DNA of 64,000 nucleotides, taken from the NCBI GenBank assembly GCA_032718475.1, contig JAUCBJ010003160.1, positions 4,880-68,879 on the forward strand, in the 5' to 3' direction. The DNA is from Nemertoderma westbladi (Eukaryota; Animalia; Xenacoelomorpha). Below, piece after piece: positions 13,772 to 25,237 of this stretch; position 1 is the stretch's first letter, and each line of letters begins with the position of its first letter. The position numbers were made by a program, and so were the translations under genes. Under the pieces are notes generated by a model, which was not told where the DNA came from, did not search any database, and was given only the letters and a program-made list of their open reading frames with translations.

Positions 13772-13990
13772 GTTTACACCCTTTTGGGACCCGATTTCAC
13801 TTTGAATTAGGGTTTCGGACCGCCACTCTCGAAATCTGGGCGAAAATGCACTGGGGGGGGGGGGGGGGGGGTGTATGGCTGTATGGCACAATGCCAAAAT
13901 GCCCGGGGTGGGCAGGGATTTTCGCCTGTGACACCGGTAGGCCTAATGTTTATTTATCTTAGAGATTTACTTGACTTACTACACTGTACA

Positions 13991-14072
13991 CTAGCGCATA
14001 GATGTTGAATCTACAACTCAGAAATCAGCCACTCAGGTGATAGAAATAACCTCATTAAATATTAGCCAATAG
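13991..14072. repeat. Dispersed repeat, inverted homologue at ~62223-62316
   Basis: CTAGCGC.TAGATGTTGAATCTACAA.TCAGAAATCAGCCACTCAGGT...AATAACCTCATTAAATATTAGCCAAT matches the reverse complement of 62223-62316. Confidence 0.8.
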
Positions 14073-14469
14073 ATGTCCACCTTAGTAGTAGTACATACGC
14101 CTGCCTGGTGTGACAGCAAGCGTGTTAGAATTAGGAATATCGGCACCCTGTTAATCCGATAAGAAAAACCCTGCAACTCTTAAGTACTGACTGAGGAGTG
14201 GATACTAAATAAGTTACCAGGCAGAGAGCCCGAGTTCGTTCTTTAAGCTCATTCATATATTATTTTTTTTGTGCAATTCTCTCTTCTTTTTGTGTATAAG
14301 ATTTTTTTTTATCAGAAAGTGTTTCTATAGCTGAGATAATTAATATTGGTATATCAAGTTAGTTTATTGTTTTGGTTAGGGTTAGTTACCTCTAATTATT
14401 GCCATTCACTGCCCTTCCTGATTACTCAGATTATCACTTTGGGGTAGGTTACTAATGTCACATCTCTTA

Positions 14470-15127
14470 GGTGATGTGTAGGAAATGGTGCATATATTGC
14501 AAATGGGACAGCATTTTCACGAAGCTCTATTACCATTGGTGGGCAGTCCATCATTTTAAGTTGCTCTGATGAGTCGAAAACGTCATGGAATTCGGAAAGT
14601 AATGATTGTTTGATTTCATCCTTAACTTGGTTAACATCATTTACTGGACGTATGGAACGGGATTGTGGAATTGGGATGGGAAATTCCCTATGCACAATTC
14701 CTAGATGACGGCAAGCTGTAAGGCATAGATAAACATCATTGTGTGGTATATCCCTGCAGATACCTATATTCTCAGAATATATGTTGCCGGATGTACATTC
14801 CATGAGTTTAATTTGAAGAATACCGAGTGTATCGAGACTAGAACCATTTACTCCAATAAGATTTTTGGTATTCGTACTTAAACTGTCAACATTGATATGT
14901 AGTTTGTGTAGTAAACCCATACCGGAAACTGTCATTTCAGCTCCCGTATCGGCGATAACTTTGTGTGTGCCAAGGTAAACGTTGTCAGCTTCTCTATAAA
15001 ACTCAATCTCGACATATGGTTTTGCGGAGTAATTTGTAACTGTAGCAATTAGTACTGCATTGTTTTGATGTCCCGAATTTTGAGAATTGGGAGGATTTGG
15101 ATTTTTAGACCGACAAAACTGGCTGTA
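14470..15127 (-). pseudogene. Gypsy aspartic protease region, truncated before RT
   Basis: VIADTGAEMTV active site, LCLTACRHLGIV, EFHDVF. Confidence 0.8.
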
Positions 15128-16331
15128 AGTGTCCCTTTTTGCCGCATGCGTTGCAAGTTGAATCTTTAGCCTTGCATTGTTTAGATTCCTCGTGTGGCCA
15201 TTCTCCTCCACAACGGTAGCATCGTCTCCCAGTTCCGGATTTCGATGCGCTCCGATTTCTACTCCTATCGCCCCCGGATTTATAATTATAATATTTGTTT
15301 TTGTATTGGGTGCGACCACGGGTATTCGCGTTTACCACCTGGCCCTTTGAAGCCGATCGCAGTTTGGCCTCATCACGCTCTGCTAACTCACGATTATGAC
15401 ATAGAGTGAGAGTATCGATGAGGTTGAGTGCTGGTTTCTTTGAAAGGAGTTCCTGACGGACTTCTTCATTGCGGAGACCGCAGACGATTAGTGTTGCCAA
15501 CCAATCGTCAGCTGTCATTGTATGCAGCTCTGCATCATCCGCTAACTCGCAAAGTTTTAAGTAAAAATCATCGATGGGCTCCTTATCTTGCTGGCATCTA
15601 TGAACTAGTTGGTACCTGTCAACCGCCACATTACGCTGTGACTTTAAGTACTGTCGGATCTGGGTTAACACCTCATTGACAGATTGGTTTGTATCCTGTG
15701 GAATTCCAACTATTCGATCGATTCGCTGTAAGAATTCTGGAGTGCAGAATGTAGATATCTGGTCTCGGCGGGGTTTCTCTTCGAGTTTAACGACTCGTTG
15801 GTAATTAGTCCAGCCGGTTTCCCATCTTTTAAACCCATTGTAATCTATGCTATCATCTAGCGGATCAGGGGGTCGCACTGTAATGCGGATCGCGTCCCTG
15901 GTAGTCGACGGATGGTAAGTATGTGTAGCATGAGTACCTGTAGTAGGTGAGGCATTGTTGCCCAACGCCCCGAGTATGCGTGTCAACTCCAAATCATGGA
16001 GGCGTCGTTCCTCCTCTCGCTCAATCCGTCGCTCCGCTTCCCGTACTTCTTCCTTTGCGGTCATCATAGAGAATAATTGGTTAATGTAAGTAGCAGTATC
16101 CAAGGGTGGCTGTGTATCCACACCCGGAGGTTGGGTTTCATTATCTTCGTGTTCTGGATCGGATCGGATCGCATCCCACAGTAATTTCCGGAGTCGCACT
16201 GTAGACGATTTCACGTCGTAAGGGATGTTCAATGCCGTGAAATAGGCTTTGACATCGTCCCTGCTTAATAGGGGGAGTTCGTCGTATGTGAGTTGAAAAA
16301 CTTCCTCGCGTAAGGGAATTGGCGACGCCAT
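15105..16331 (-). CDS. Gypsy gag (frameshifted in the second zinc knuckle)
   Basis: DRYQLVHRCQQDKEPIDDFYLKL, LIVCGL, CYRCG...H...C and CNACGKKGH. One extra T (CAC-T-TAC) shifts the frame; removing it gives GHYSQFC and continues into the protease. Confidence 0.85.
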   Translation of the reverse strand: MASPIPLREEVFQLTYDELPLLSRDDVKAYFTALNIPYDVKSSTVRLRKLLWDAIRSDPEHEDNETQPPGVDTQPPLDTATYINQLFSMMTAKEEVREAERRIEREEERRLHDLELTRILGALGNNASPTTGTHATHTYHPSTTRDAIRITVRPPDPLDDSIDYNGFKRWETGWTNYQRVVKLEEKPRRDQISTFCTPEFLQRIDRIVGIPQDTNQSVNEVLTQIRQYLKSQRNVAVDRYQLVHRCQQDKEPIDDFYLKLCELADDAELHTMTADDWLATLIVCGLRNEEVRQELLSKKPALNLIDTLTLCHNRELAERDEAKLRSASKGQVVNANTRGRTQYKNKYYNYKSGGDRSRNRSASKSGTGRRCYRCGGEWPHEESKQCKAKDSTCNACGKKGHLQPVLSV

Positions 16332-16438
16332 ACCGAATCGCAGTACCGGTAGGTTGACGGATAGCAGGATAGAGCAATACGATACCGGTACCCAGCCGTT
16401 TATTACAGTATTAATTATGTATCTGTGATGCTGAGAAT

Positions 16439-16457
16439 AATCCTACACACTGCGCCA
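16439..16457 (-). other. Primer-binding site, tRNA-Ser-like
   Basis: TGGCGCAGTGTGTAGGATT directly follows the LTR end and is complementary to a tRNA 3' end of the form AATCCT...CTGCGCCA. Confidence 0.7.
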
Positions 16458-17368
16458 TGATGTGTTCCCAACCATATATGTAATATAATATATGAGGTCA
16501 TAATATATATAATGTATAATATAATATCAGTCATCAGTGGGTCCAGTGCTAGTATTGCTAGCCTGGTACAGATACAATAGAATAGCTATGTAGATATATC
16601 CAGTACTGCTGTACATACATAGTCCAACCCGTCACCCAAGACAGTATCCGGCATGGCCTATAAGGATATAAGATTAGGTGGTACAGTACCTTTAAGACAG
16701 GGAAGGGATGGCGTCACACTAATATTAATAATTAAATTATTAATTAATTTATTTATTTATTTATTAATTCAATTAATGCAATTAAGTTTATAAGACGTAT
16801 TGTATCGTCTCAAATCTCCCTATTTTTATGATCTTTAAGGTTACGGGGTCGACCACGATTTAAATCCTGAGGGAGAGGAAGTCCGGGTTGCTTCTAAATC
16901 ACATGTCTCTTTAAACTAAAGCTACAGGTGTAGGAGAGGTTACATTTGTCGCATGTGAACAACTCTTGAGTTGGAGGAGTAACATCACGGTGTTTCAAAC
17001 GTAGGTGTTTTTTTTATAAAACCCACTGCGTTTGAATACCATTCCGGATTCCGCACTTAGTACATGAAAATGACATTGCAATAGGCTAACAAAAACTGAA
17101 AGTTCATAACAAAGTAGGCCTAGCCCTAATTAATAATACATACAATAAATACATATAGGAGGCCTACCACGCACAGTATGGCCTAACAGACAAGAGAAGT
17201 TAATAACTTCAAAATTAATAATACAGTACATAGGCCCTTACAATAAATACAGAATACAGTACCGGTACAGTAATAAACACGTTGTGGGGTCTTCGAGCAG
17301 CACGTGTTCAAATGTTCAATGACTGAGCAGCGACTAATTAACAAATTTATGAGAGATTCATTGACCAG

Positions 17369-18619
17369 CTACTACTACTACTAGGATCGGCATGCTGCAT
17401 TGCAGCTGCATTTTTAAGAATGCTGTGCCGGCTTGTCAACAAAATTGCACCGCCACAACTCCCTATCACCCATGACATTTGCTAGATCATCCGCATCTTT
17501 AAGGCCAGTGTCCTTTAAGATGCGTCTCAAGAAAGTCATGGGCTGTCCACCATGCTTATTCACTCCATGAGGCTGCCAAAGTACAAGATTATGCACTGGC
17601 TGGTCCTCACGGCGAAAGCAATGTCCTGCAAAGCGGAGGCGATTTTGTTCTAGTGTCAAGCTTGGGGGAACCAATGAGACACCTCCAATGTTATATAGTG
17701 TCTGGTTGGAGATGTGTGCATTGTACTTGACACAATGAACCCGGCGTAGCATTCTTGTGAATGTGCCATCCAGAGATTTGGTGTCCTCAGCAGTTAGAGC
17801 CCAGCATGGACTCCCATAGAGGAGTACTGGAACTACTGCTGCTCTAAATAATCGGACCTTAAGTTTCCGATTAATTCTCGGTGACTTCCAAATCCTGGAA
17901 AGCCTATTCAAGGCTGCCCATGCCTTTCCCTTACGTATTCGAAGGTCCTCACCTGACTTCCGGATCCATGATCCCAGGTAACAGAAGTCGTCCACATGCT
18001 CAAGCATACCATCCTTTGAGCTTATGCTCATCCGATCAGAGACTTGCTGAGGACTTTCAAAGTTAACTGTCAGAATTTTGGTCTTTCTTGAGTTAATAAA
18101 AAGACCAACACTAGAAGCAGCATGTTCTAATGAGCTGAGGAGCCGTTGGGCTCCCTCTAATGATTCTGAGAGTACTCCTAAGTCATCAGCAAAGTCTAGA
18201 TCAGTTAGGACACAATAATGAACAAGAATGGTGCAAGTGTGTCTCCTTGGAGGACGCTCTGTGTTACAGCGGTAAAATAAACGCCTTAAGTAATGCTAAT
18301 GCTAATAGTAAGGCTAAGTAAAAGTAATAAAGTAATGCTAATAATTTTGATAACTCTTCAATTATCCTTCTAAGTGCCAAAATGGGCTCCATGGTCCCAC
18401 GACCTTTACGGAACCCATTCTGATTTCCACGGAGCAGTCTCTCAATGGGATCCCTGATGCGATTTAATAGAATTATATTGTACAGCTTTGCAGCAATCGA
18501 GATCAATGAGATTCCCCGAAAAGAACCATAGTGTTAGGTTGCCCTTCTTGGGAACTGGCACCAACTTATTTCTTGTGGGACTCTTGTTGTACGGTACATG
18601 TCTACTATGATGGGATAGA
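17369..18619 (-). mobile_element. RTE-clade LINE family A, copy 1, 3' segment (degenerate RT, (TAG)n tail)
   Basis: DFADD, FCYLGSWI and RLRFAGHC motifs, a (TAG)n tail and internal deletions. The sequence continues at 24619 after the inserted DNA transposon. Confidence 0.92.
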
Positions 18620-18668
18620 TACGGAGCCCCTAAAGGGACATTTGTGAAGAGATATTTTTTTTTTAGTA

Positions 18669-19155
18669 CCACGTTCGCACGTGATACTAACACGTTCGAA
18701 CGTGTTACCTAACACGTTCGAACGTGTTACCTAACACGTTCGCACGTGATACTAACACGTTCGAACGTGTTACCTAACACGTTCGAACGTGTTACCTAAC
18801 ACGTTCGAACGTGTTACCTAACACGTTCGCACGTGATACTAACACGTTCGCACGTGTTACCTAACACGTTCGCACGTGTTACCTAACACATTCGCACGTG
18901 TTACCTAACACGTTCGCACGTGATACTAACACGTTCGCATGTGATACTAACACGTTCGAACGTGTTACCTAACACGTTCGCACGTGATACTAACACGTTC
19001 GCACGTGTTAACTAGCACGTTCGCACGTGTTAACTAGCACGTTCGCACGTGTTACTAACACGTTCGAACGTGTTACCTAACACGTTCGCACGTGATACTA
19101 ACACGTTCGAACGTGTTAACTAACACGTTCGAACGTGTTACCTAACAAGTTCACA
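18669..19155. repeat. Subterminal palindromic tandem array (TAACACGTTCG[A/C]ACGTGTTACC), left arm
   Basis: About 22 units of 21-22 bp; the core TAACACGTTCGAACGTGTTA is a perfect palindrome. Confidence 0.95.
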
Positions 19156-19528
19156 AGTGTAGTAGTTGCTTAATGCTGCTATTGCGCTATTGGACGGCTG
19201 CCATTGGAGGGAGATTTAAAAATAGCGCATGTGTTTTGATTGAATGGCTGAGTGGCTGAGCCATCAATCAAGGTCTGGTAGACTATACTGCTATACTAGG
19301 ATAGTAGATTACAGGATTAGTCCTTGGCATCAACCTAGGGTAGGCCTATCTGACAGCCTGGATACTGATTCCAAGTTCAGATATTGCGGTATTGATTCAA
19401 TTGGGGAAATTAGTTTTACTTTTAGTTTTAGGCCTACCGGTAGGCTACCGGTTGCAAATTGTAAGTTGTACTACAGTTACAGTTGTGTTTCAATATAACA
19501 GTATAAGTTCTAATTATATTATTGTATT

Positions 19529-22521
19529 ATGGCGTCTGACGACAATGTTACTTCCAACGAACTGTATAACTTTCTTTCTAAACGAGGTGTTGGGGAGGAT
19601 GCAATACTTAAAATGCGGGGAGATAAAATCGATGAATCCATTATCAATTTAATTCCAGATAACGAGTTGCAGCGTTATTTGCCAGCCTATGGGGATAGGG
19701 TTGCTGTGATGGCGTTCTGTCGATGCAAGCAACAAACCGAATTTGAAACTTCACCATCAACTTCTACTGGAGACTGCAATTGGTTTGGAAGCACTGCTGG
19801 GAGTACAAGTTCACTAATTGACAGGGTGAGGGGAAGATTATCTGCGTCGCGCAAGAGGGTAGCCAGTCCTGTCAGCGCAACTTCACTTTCTGTTGTTGCC
19901 ACCGATACTAAAAAGGCAGCAAAGTTCATGTATGGGAATACACTAGCCGTTAAAGAGAATCGGCGAGTGGAATTGGGATGGATGCATTTCAGAGGTGATA
20001 TGATTGGATTTAAGCAAATGCGTCTGCAGAATGGTGGCGGAATTCGGCACCTATCCGTTCCTGTCCAAACAACTATGGAAGGTATGATTGAACGTGGTAA
20101 AGATTTATTCTTCCCAAATGACAATGCGAGTGTTGGGAATATGGAAGAATTTTTGTTTGAAATCCGTGATTTCCAGGGTAGATCATTTGAGGGTAACAGT
20201 AAAACAATCGGGGATATTTACAATGAAACAGCTTTACGTCTCATACGTTTGTACATTTACACCAAGCACAAAGGGTACAGGACACCGGAACCGCCGACCG
20301 TTACTTCTGCTGGCAAAGATGAAGACCCACCCGATATTGTACAACTAGAACTGGAATTAGAGGAGCATTCAGTTTCGACGTCCTCCACAAGGCAACTACA
20401 TGTTAATAGGGAGATCCCGGAAGGAAGTCGGAACAATGGTTCTGGAGAAGATAATGAATCTCAGATAGTTGTCCTATTGGAACCTGGATCTGTGAAGAAG
20501 TCGACCGTTTCACTTTTTGAAATTTTATCTGAATTTACCGCGAAAGTGAAAGGATATTCTCCAACCAATAATGTGAATGCAGATAGAGATGATGTTTTAG
20601 GAGGGGCATTTCGAGCTTTCAGTAGAAAGAACTTTGATCCCTGGGTTGCTGTGAACGTTTGTTTTGATGGCGAGTTCGGTATAGATGAAGGCGGTCCTCG
20701 TCGTGAATTTCTAAGATTAATGATGCACGCCATTAAAGAACTGCCTATTTTTTACGGAGAAGATAATTCAAAGATGCTTGCTCATGACTATAACAGTAAG
20801 TTGGTTTGTATTTGTACATAATAAATACAGCATCAATGCAAGTCACTTTAAAACTACTGTATGATTATTTAATATATATGTAGCTGTAGTATATTAAATT
20901 TCGGTTTGAAATACGCCGTGAAATAAAGAAAATTCAATGCTGCATAATTGGGTAGGCCTACTATATATAACGGCGTGAAATAAAGTAGCATTATCCTTGC
21001 AGTATAATTGTACCTATTATTGTAATTTAATTTAATATTGTATTGTATTTATTTTCCTTTCAGATCTTATTGAAGAACGGTATTACAAAGTAGGTGTTAT
21101 GATAAGCCATTCTATCATTCATGGTGGTCCAATGCCAACGTTTATGTCACCTATATTATACGACATGCTGACGTGCTCCTCATGGAGTGACATAAAGCCG
21201 CAATTATCTATTACAGACATTCCTGACTATGACTACCAGCAGCTTATACAGCATGTAAGAAACTTTATTGTGTAATGCCGTGTTACTAGATACGTAAAAG
21301 TAATGCATGCCTGTATAGTGTATATTTAGCAGAAATTGAACTAGAATAATTCGAACGGATGTTTAATATATTCAGATAAATCCTAATAATATAGACACTA
21401 ACTAGATTAATTCCTACTAAATTATACAGGCATGCGTTACGTATAGTGTTCCCAGTATTCATTACATATTTATAATATAAAATTGATTTTTATTTTCAGA
21501 TAGCAGATTCAACCACACCGATAGAGTTTCGTGAAACAGTTGCCGCAGCTGAAGATTTAATTAGTTTAGCTGGGTGTTTCAACATGACAATAACATTCTC
21601 AGCGATCGTTAAAGATAAACTGGTGGACGCCTTGTTGCACTTTCTTATTGTTGATAGGATTCGCGGGGCAATAGATCAGTATGAATAAATAATCTTATAG
21701 CGGTACACCATATTAATTAGTGCCGAAATTTTAGTAGTATTAATATAATTAATTATTATATATTAATTAATATAATAAGTATATTAATTAGTGAAGTATA
21801 ATAATTAGTAGTAATTATTACATTTTATTTTATTTCATGTCGGCGTGATATACTGATATAAACAGAAATAAGGTGAATTCAATACAGGGCTACGGCGCAA
21901 TACTGTATATAACTATTATATAGTGAGACAATACATTTATTGCTTTTTAAATACTCAGGAGTCCCGAATAGACGGGGCGACACGGCTATTAATTTTTGAA
22001 AAAAAATCCACCCACAATTATCTTATTCCAGACACCCCAACTATTAATTTTATCTAAAAAAATTAGTACATTTATTATTATGAGTAAATAAACGTTTGTT
22101 CTCATAATAATTGAGAGTTGAAAGTGAAAGAAAACAAAAACCGTGTACCGAGTAGGCCTATACCACCGGTAGCCGTAGGTACTGCTGTACCTGTACGGTA
22201 CGCCTATACTGTATGTTAAGTAAGTAGGCCTAAGTTTTCAACATTTTCCACCCACGTTTATTCCACCACCCCGACTATTAGCATAATTAAATTTTTCCAC
22301 CCACCCCGTCTATTCGGGACTCCTCCAGAGTACATAGTTATATTTGCTTTAATCTGATTATACTACAGGTTTTCTGAAGGTTTGAAGAAAATGGGAGTAC
22401 TTCAGGCAATTCAGGAGAACAAAGAGGTTTGTCGAGATATGTTCGTATATGAACATCACGATCTGGATGCAGTGATGGTCGACAACTTGTTTGCTGTCAG
22501 GTGGAGTGGATCTGAGGAGGG
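19529..22521 (+). CDS. Transposon-borne spliced gene: SAM-like N-terminus plus G2E3-type HECT E3 ligase domain (3'-truncated). Exons 19529-20795, 21064-21254, 21500-21678, 22369-~22521
   Basis: LPAYGDRVAV (SAM-like), ELGWMHF...GGGIR...DLFFPN, and HECT motifs VCFDGEFGIDEGGPRREF, HSIIHGGPMP, DQFSEGLKKMGVL. GT-AG introns with phases 1/0/2 keep the frame. The C-lobe is lost at a repeat insertion. Confidence 0.82.
21952..22332. mobile_element. MITE in intron 3 of the HECT gene
   Basis: Terminal inverted repeats TACTC..GGAGTCCCGAATAGACGGGG / CCCCGTCTATTCGGGACTCC...GAGTA. Confidence 0.75.
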
Positions 22522-23312
22522 TGAAACTTGTCATATATGTACTAGATGACATCCTGAGTCTTTGTGTGGATTGTAATCGGTCCGAAGTTTTCCAGTCTGC
22601 CGGTAGAGGGCCACATGTCTAAACATTAAATGGCCACCCATTTCTTTGCTTTTAATCCGTTTAAGCTGAAACTTGGGAAGTATGTACTAGACCATTAGCT
22701 GTAAATTTCAAAGGAGGCTAATCTGTCTGCAGTTCTCCAGTCTGCCGCTAGAGGGCGAAATGTCCCGAATGTGAAATTATTCTTCCATTTAGTTGTTTAT
22801 GATCTGATTACGCTGAAACTTGTCATATATGTACTAGAAGACATCCTAAGTCTTTGTGTGGACAGTAATCGGTCCGGAGTTTTCGAGTCTGCCGCTAGAG
22901 GGCGAAATGTAGGAAAGTGATAACCTTCGCGAATTCCTTGCTATTATTAAAATGCTACTATTTAAGCTGAATTTTGGAATATACAGTACCGGTATGTACT
23001 AGACCACATGCCTCGTCTTTGTGAGGAAGGTGATCGATCCGTAGTTCTTTAATATGCCGCTAGAGGGCTAAATGTATGAAAGTGAAAACTTTCCAACATT
23101 TCGTTATTTATGATCGGTCAATCGGAAACTTGGTAGATATGTAATAGACCATAGGCTGTGGCTTTGTAGGGAAACTAATCCTTCCTTCTTCAGTTACCCA
23201 GTCTCCCGCTAGAGGGTTAACGTTTTCCGGGAAAATCTTCTCCTATGTTTTTATAATCCTTTCGAGTTGATACTTAGCATTAACTCATTTCACGTGCTGC
23301 GCGAAGGCCCCA
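22522..23312 (+). repeat. Insertion with five ~145-165-bp tandem subunits (possibly a Helitron/Helentron-derived non-autonomous element)
   Basis: GAAACTTG...TATGTACTAG...TCTGCCGCTAGAGGGC recurs about 5 times. It sits where both transposon genes are truncated. Confidence 0.55.
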
Positions 23313-23822
23313 CTTCGTGTAGAATATACATTCAACCAGATAAGTTTTCTAGCGAATCCATCAATGCATCCACTAATGCACAAACCAAAAGGTTTCAATT
23401 TGTCATATCCATCTAAGTGCATCTAGTGCATCTAGTGCTATGTAGTTAGGCCCCTTGGCATAGTAGGATCTTCGTTGTAGACGTCTGGATCGTCTAACGT
23501 CAACCCCGATCGGGTCCAGCTCTTTTAATATTAACCGGACATCCTCCTTCCTTACAGCCAATCCAGCGAGTTCGCATTTAGCGTGCATCATGCGATATCC
23601 ATTTAATCTACCAGACTCTTCTAATTCCTTAACTATAAACTGGACAACATCCTCCAACTCGCTATATATTCTCCGGAACAGTCCCAGTTTACTCAATATT
23701 CTCTTTAGTTGCCGTAGACCGATATTATAATTGTACTCCTGTTGAAGCAAAATACAAATGTCTTTATATGCAATCGAACGTTCGAAATATTCTCGTATTA
23801 TACTGTTAAGTGATGGGTTCAT
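23313..23822 (-). pseudogene. IS3EU-type DDE transposase (HTH/Clr5-like plus integrase core), frameshifted and truncated
   Basis: GYRMMHAKC...ELDPIGVDVRRSRRLQRRSYYAKGPNYI, then after a small GCACTAGAT duplication HLDGYDKLKPFGLCISGCIDGFARKLIWL in another frame. Confidence 0.88.
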
Positions 23823-24008
23823 GATGGAGTGGTGTATACTATACTATACTTACAGACAGAGGCATATCAGAGGTTCACCTCAGCTAACAGGTCACCGAAA
23901 CAATGTCTAGAAGATACCACTCTGATTTATTTTTTAAATTTACCCCCAGTTATTTTCCAGAATAATATTTAACGAAGTTGTCCAATAGCGAGCATTTCTC
24001 AGTATTTT

Positions 24009-24572
24009 GCTAACACGTTCGAACGTATTAGGTAACACGTGTGAACGTGTTAGTATCACGTTCGAACGTGTTAGGTAACACGTGCGAACGTGTTAGTATC
24101 ACGTGCGAACGTGTTAGGTAACACGTGCGAACGTGTTAGTATCACGTGCGAACGTGTTAGGTAACACGTGCGAACGTGTTAGTATCACGTTCGAACGTGT
24201 TAGGTAACACGTGCGAACGTGTTAGTATCACGTGCGAACGTGTTAGGTAACACGTGCGAACGTGTTAGTATCACGTGCGAACGTGTTAGGTAACACGTGC
24301 GAACGTGTTAGGTAACACGTTCGAACGTGTTAGGTAACACGTGCGAACGTGTTAGTATCACGTGCGAACGTGTTAGGTAACACGTGCGAACGTGTTAGGT
24401 AACACGTTCGAACGTGTTAGTATCACGTTCGAACGTGTTAGGTAACACGTGCGAACGTGTTAGGTAACACGTGCGAACGTGTTAGTATCACGTGCGAACG
24501 TGTTAGGTAACACGTGCGAACGTGTTAGTATCACGTGCGAACGTGTTAGGTAACACGTTCGTACGTGTTACT
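24009..24572. repeat. Subterminal palindromic tandem array, right arm (inverted relative to 18669-19155)
   Basis: (GGTAACACGT[G/T]CGAACGTGTTA)n. Confidence 0.95.
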
Positions 24573-24618
24573 AAAAAAAAATATATCTCTTCACAAATGT
24601 CCCTTTAGGGGCTCCGTA

Positions 24619-25237
24619 GATAGATGAGCTTTAAACACTCAGGTATTTTAAAGACCTCAGGGGGAACACCATCTACTCCACTGGCACGATTGGTCTTAAT
24701 GCTCTTTGCAGCAGCCTTCACTTCTGCAAAGGAGATATCACCAATGGGAATATCTGGGAGTACAGACTCAGACACTTTTAGTTCTATAAAGTTATCAGGC
24801 AATACCCTGTCATTATTGAGGAGCTTTTCAAAGTGGGCCTTCCAACCATTGAGGCGATTGGCTGGTGATTCAGCCTTAACCTTGGTGGTTGGTTGGCTTT
24901 TTCGACCAGCAAGCAAGTTGATCGATCTCCATGCCTGGGATGATTGCCTGCTGTCGTCAGCATCATTGATGGCATCAACCTGTTGGTTTATTAGCTCCTG
25001 TAAATTAACAGAGTACTGCCTGTTCAGGGACCTAGATGCAGCCTTAACTGCATTTTCGTCTGTTTGAGTCGGAACTCTTTCTGCGCCTTGTAGAGGTCAT
25101 TTCGGCACTTCTGAATTTGGTTGTCAGTCCAGGTTGTTGTCAGAAGTTTCCTGTTTCGAGGGTATACAGGAACTGTTTCTGCAGCTGCTAACTTAACTGC
25201 CTCTGTGAAGGCAGTATAGCCCTCACAGTGATCTGCC
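24619..25237 (-). mobile_element. RTE family A copy 1, middle segment
   Basis: WKAHFEKLLN...ASGVDGVPPEVFK, collinear with 50635-51172 plus 58303-58380. Confidence 0.9.

Larger units (their letters stand above)
14470..16716 (-). mobile_element. Truncated Gypsy (Mag-like) LTR retrotransposon: 5' LTR, PBS, gag, protease
   Basis: LTR TGACG...CATCA (16716-16458), then PBS, then gag with twin CCHC knuckles and a DTG protease. It breaks off at the start of RT (ELRENAVPF). Confidence 0.85.
18620..24618. mobile_element. IS3EU-type DNA transposon 1 (TACGG...CCGTA, 6-bp TSD GATAGA)
   Basis: TIR TACGGAGCCCCTAAAGGGACATTTGTGAAGAGATAT at both ends. GATAGA is duplicated at 18614-18619 and 24619-24624. Two convergent genes lie inside. 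Confidence 0.88.

Noticed and set aside
15105-15150. Programmed gag-pol frameshift at AAAAAGGG
   Set aside because: The shift falls inside the CCHC knuckle and is explained by a single inserted T.
18669-24572. CRISPR-like appearance of the palindromic arrays (also 49092-49320 and 61498-61817)
   Set aside because: No unique spacers and no cas genes; the arrays are subterminal parts of TIR transposons in a eukaryotic context.
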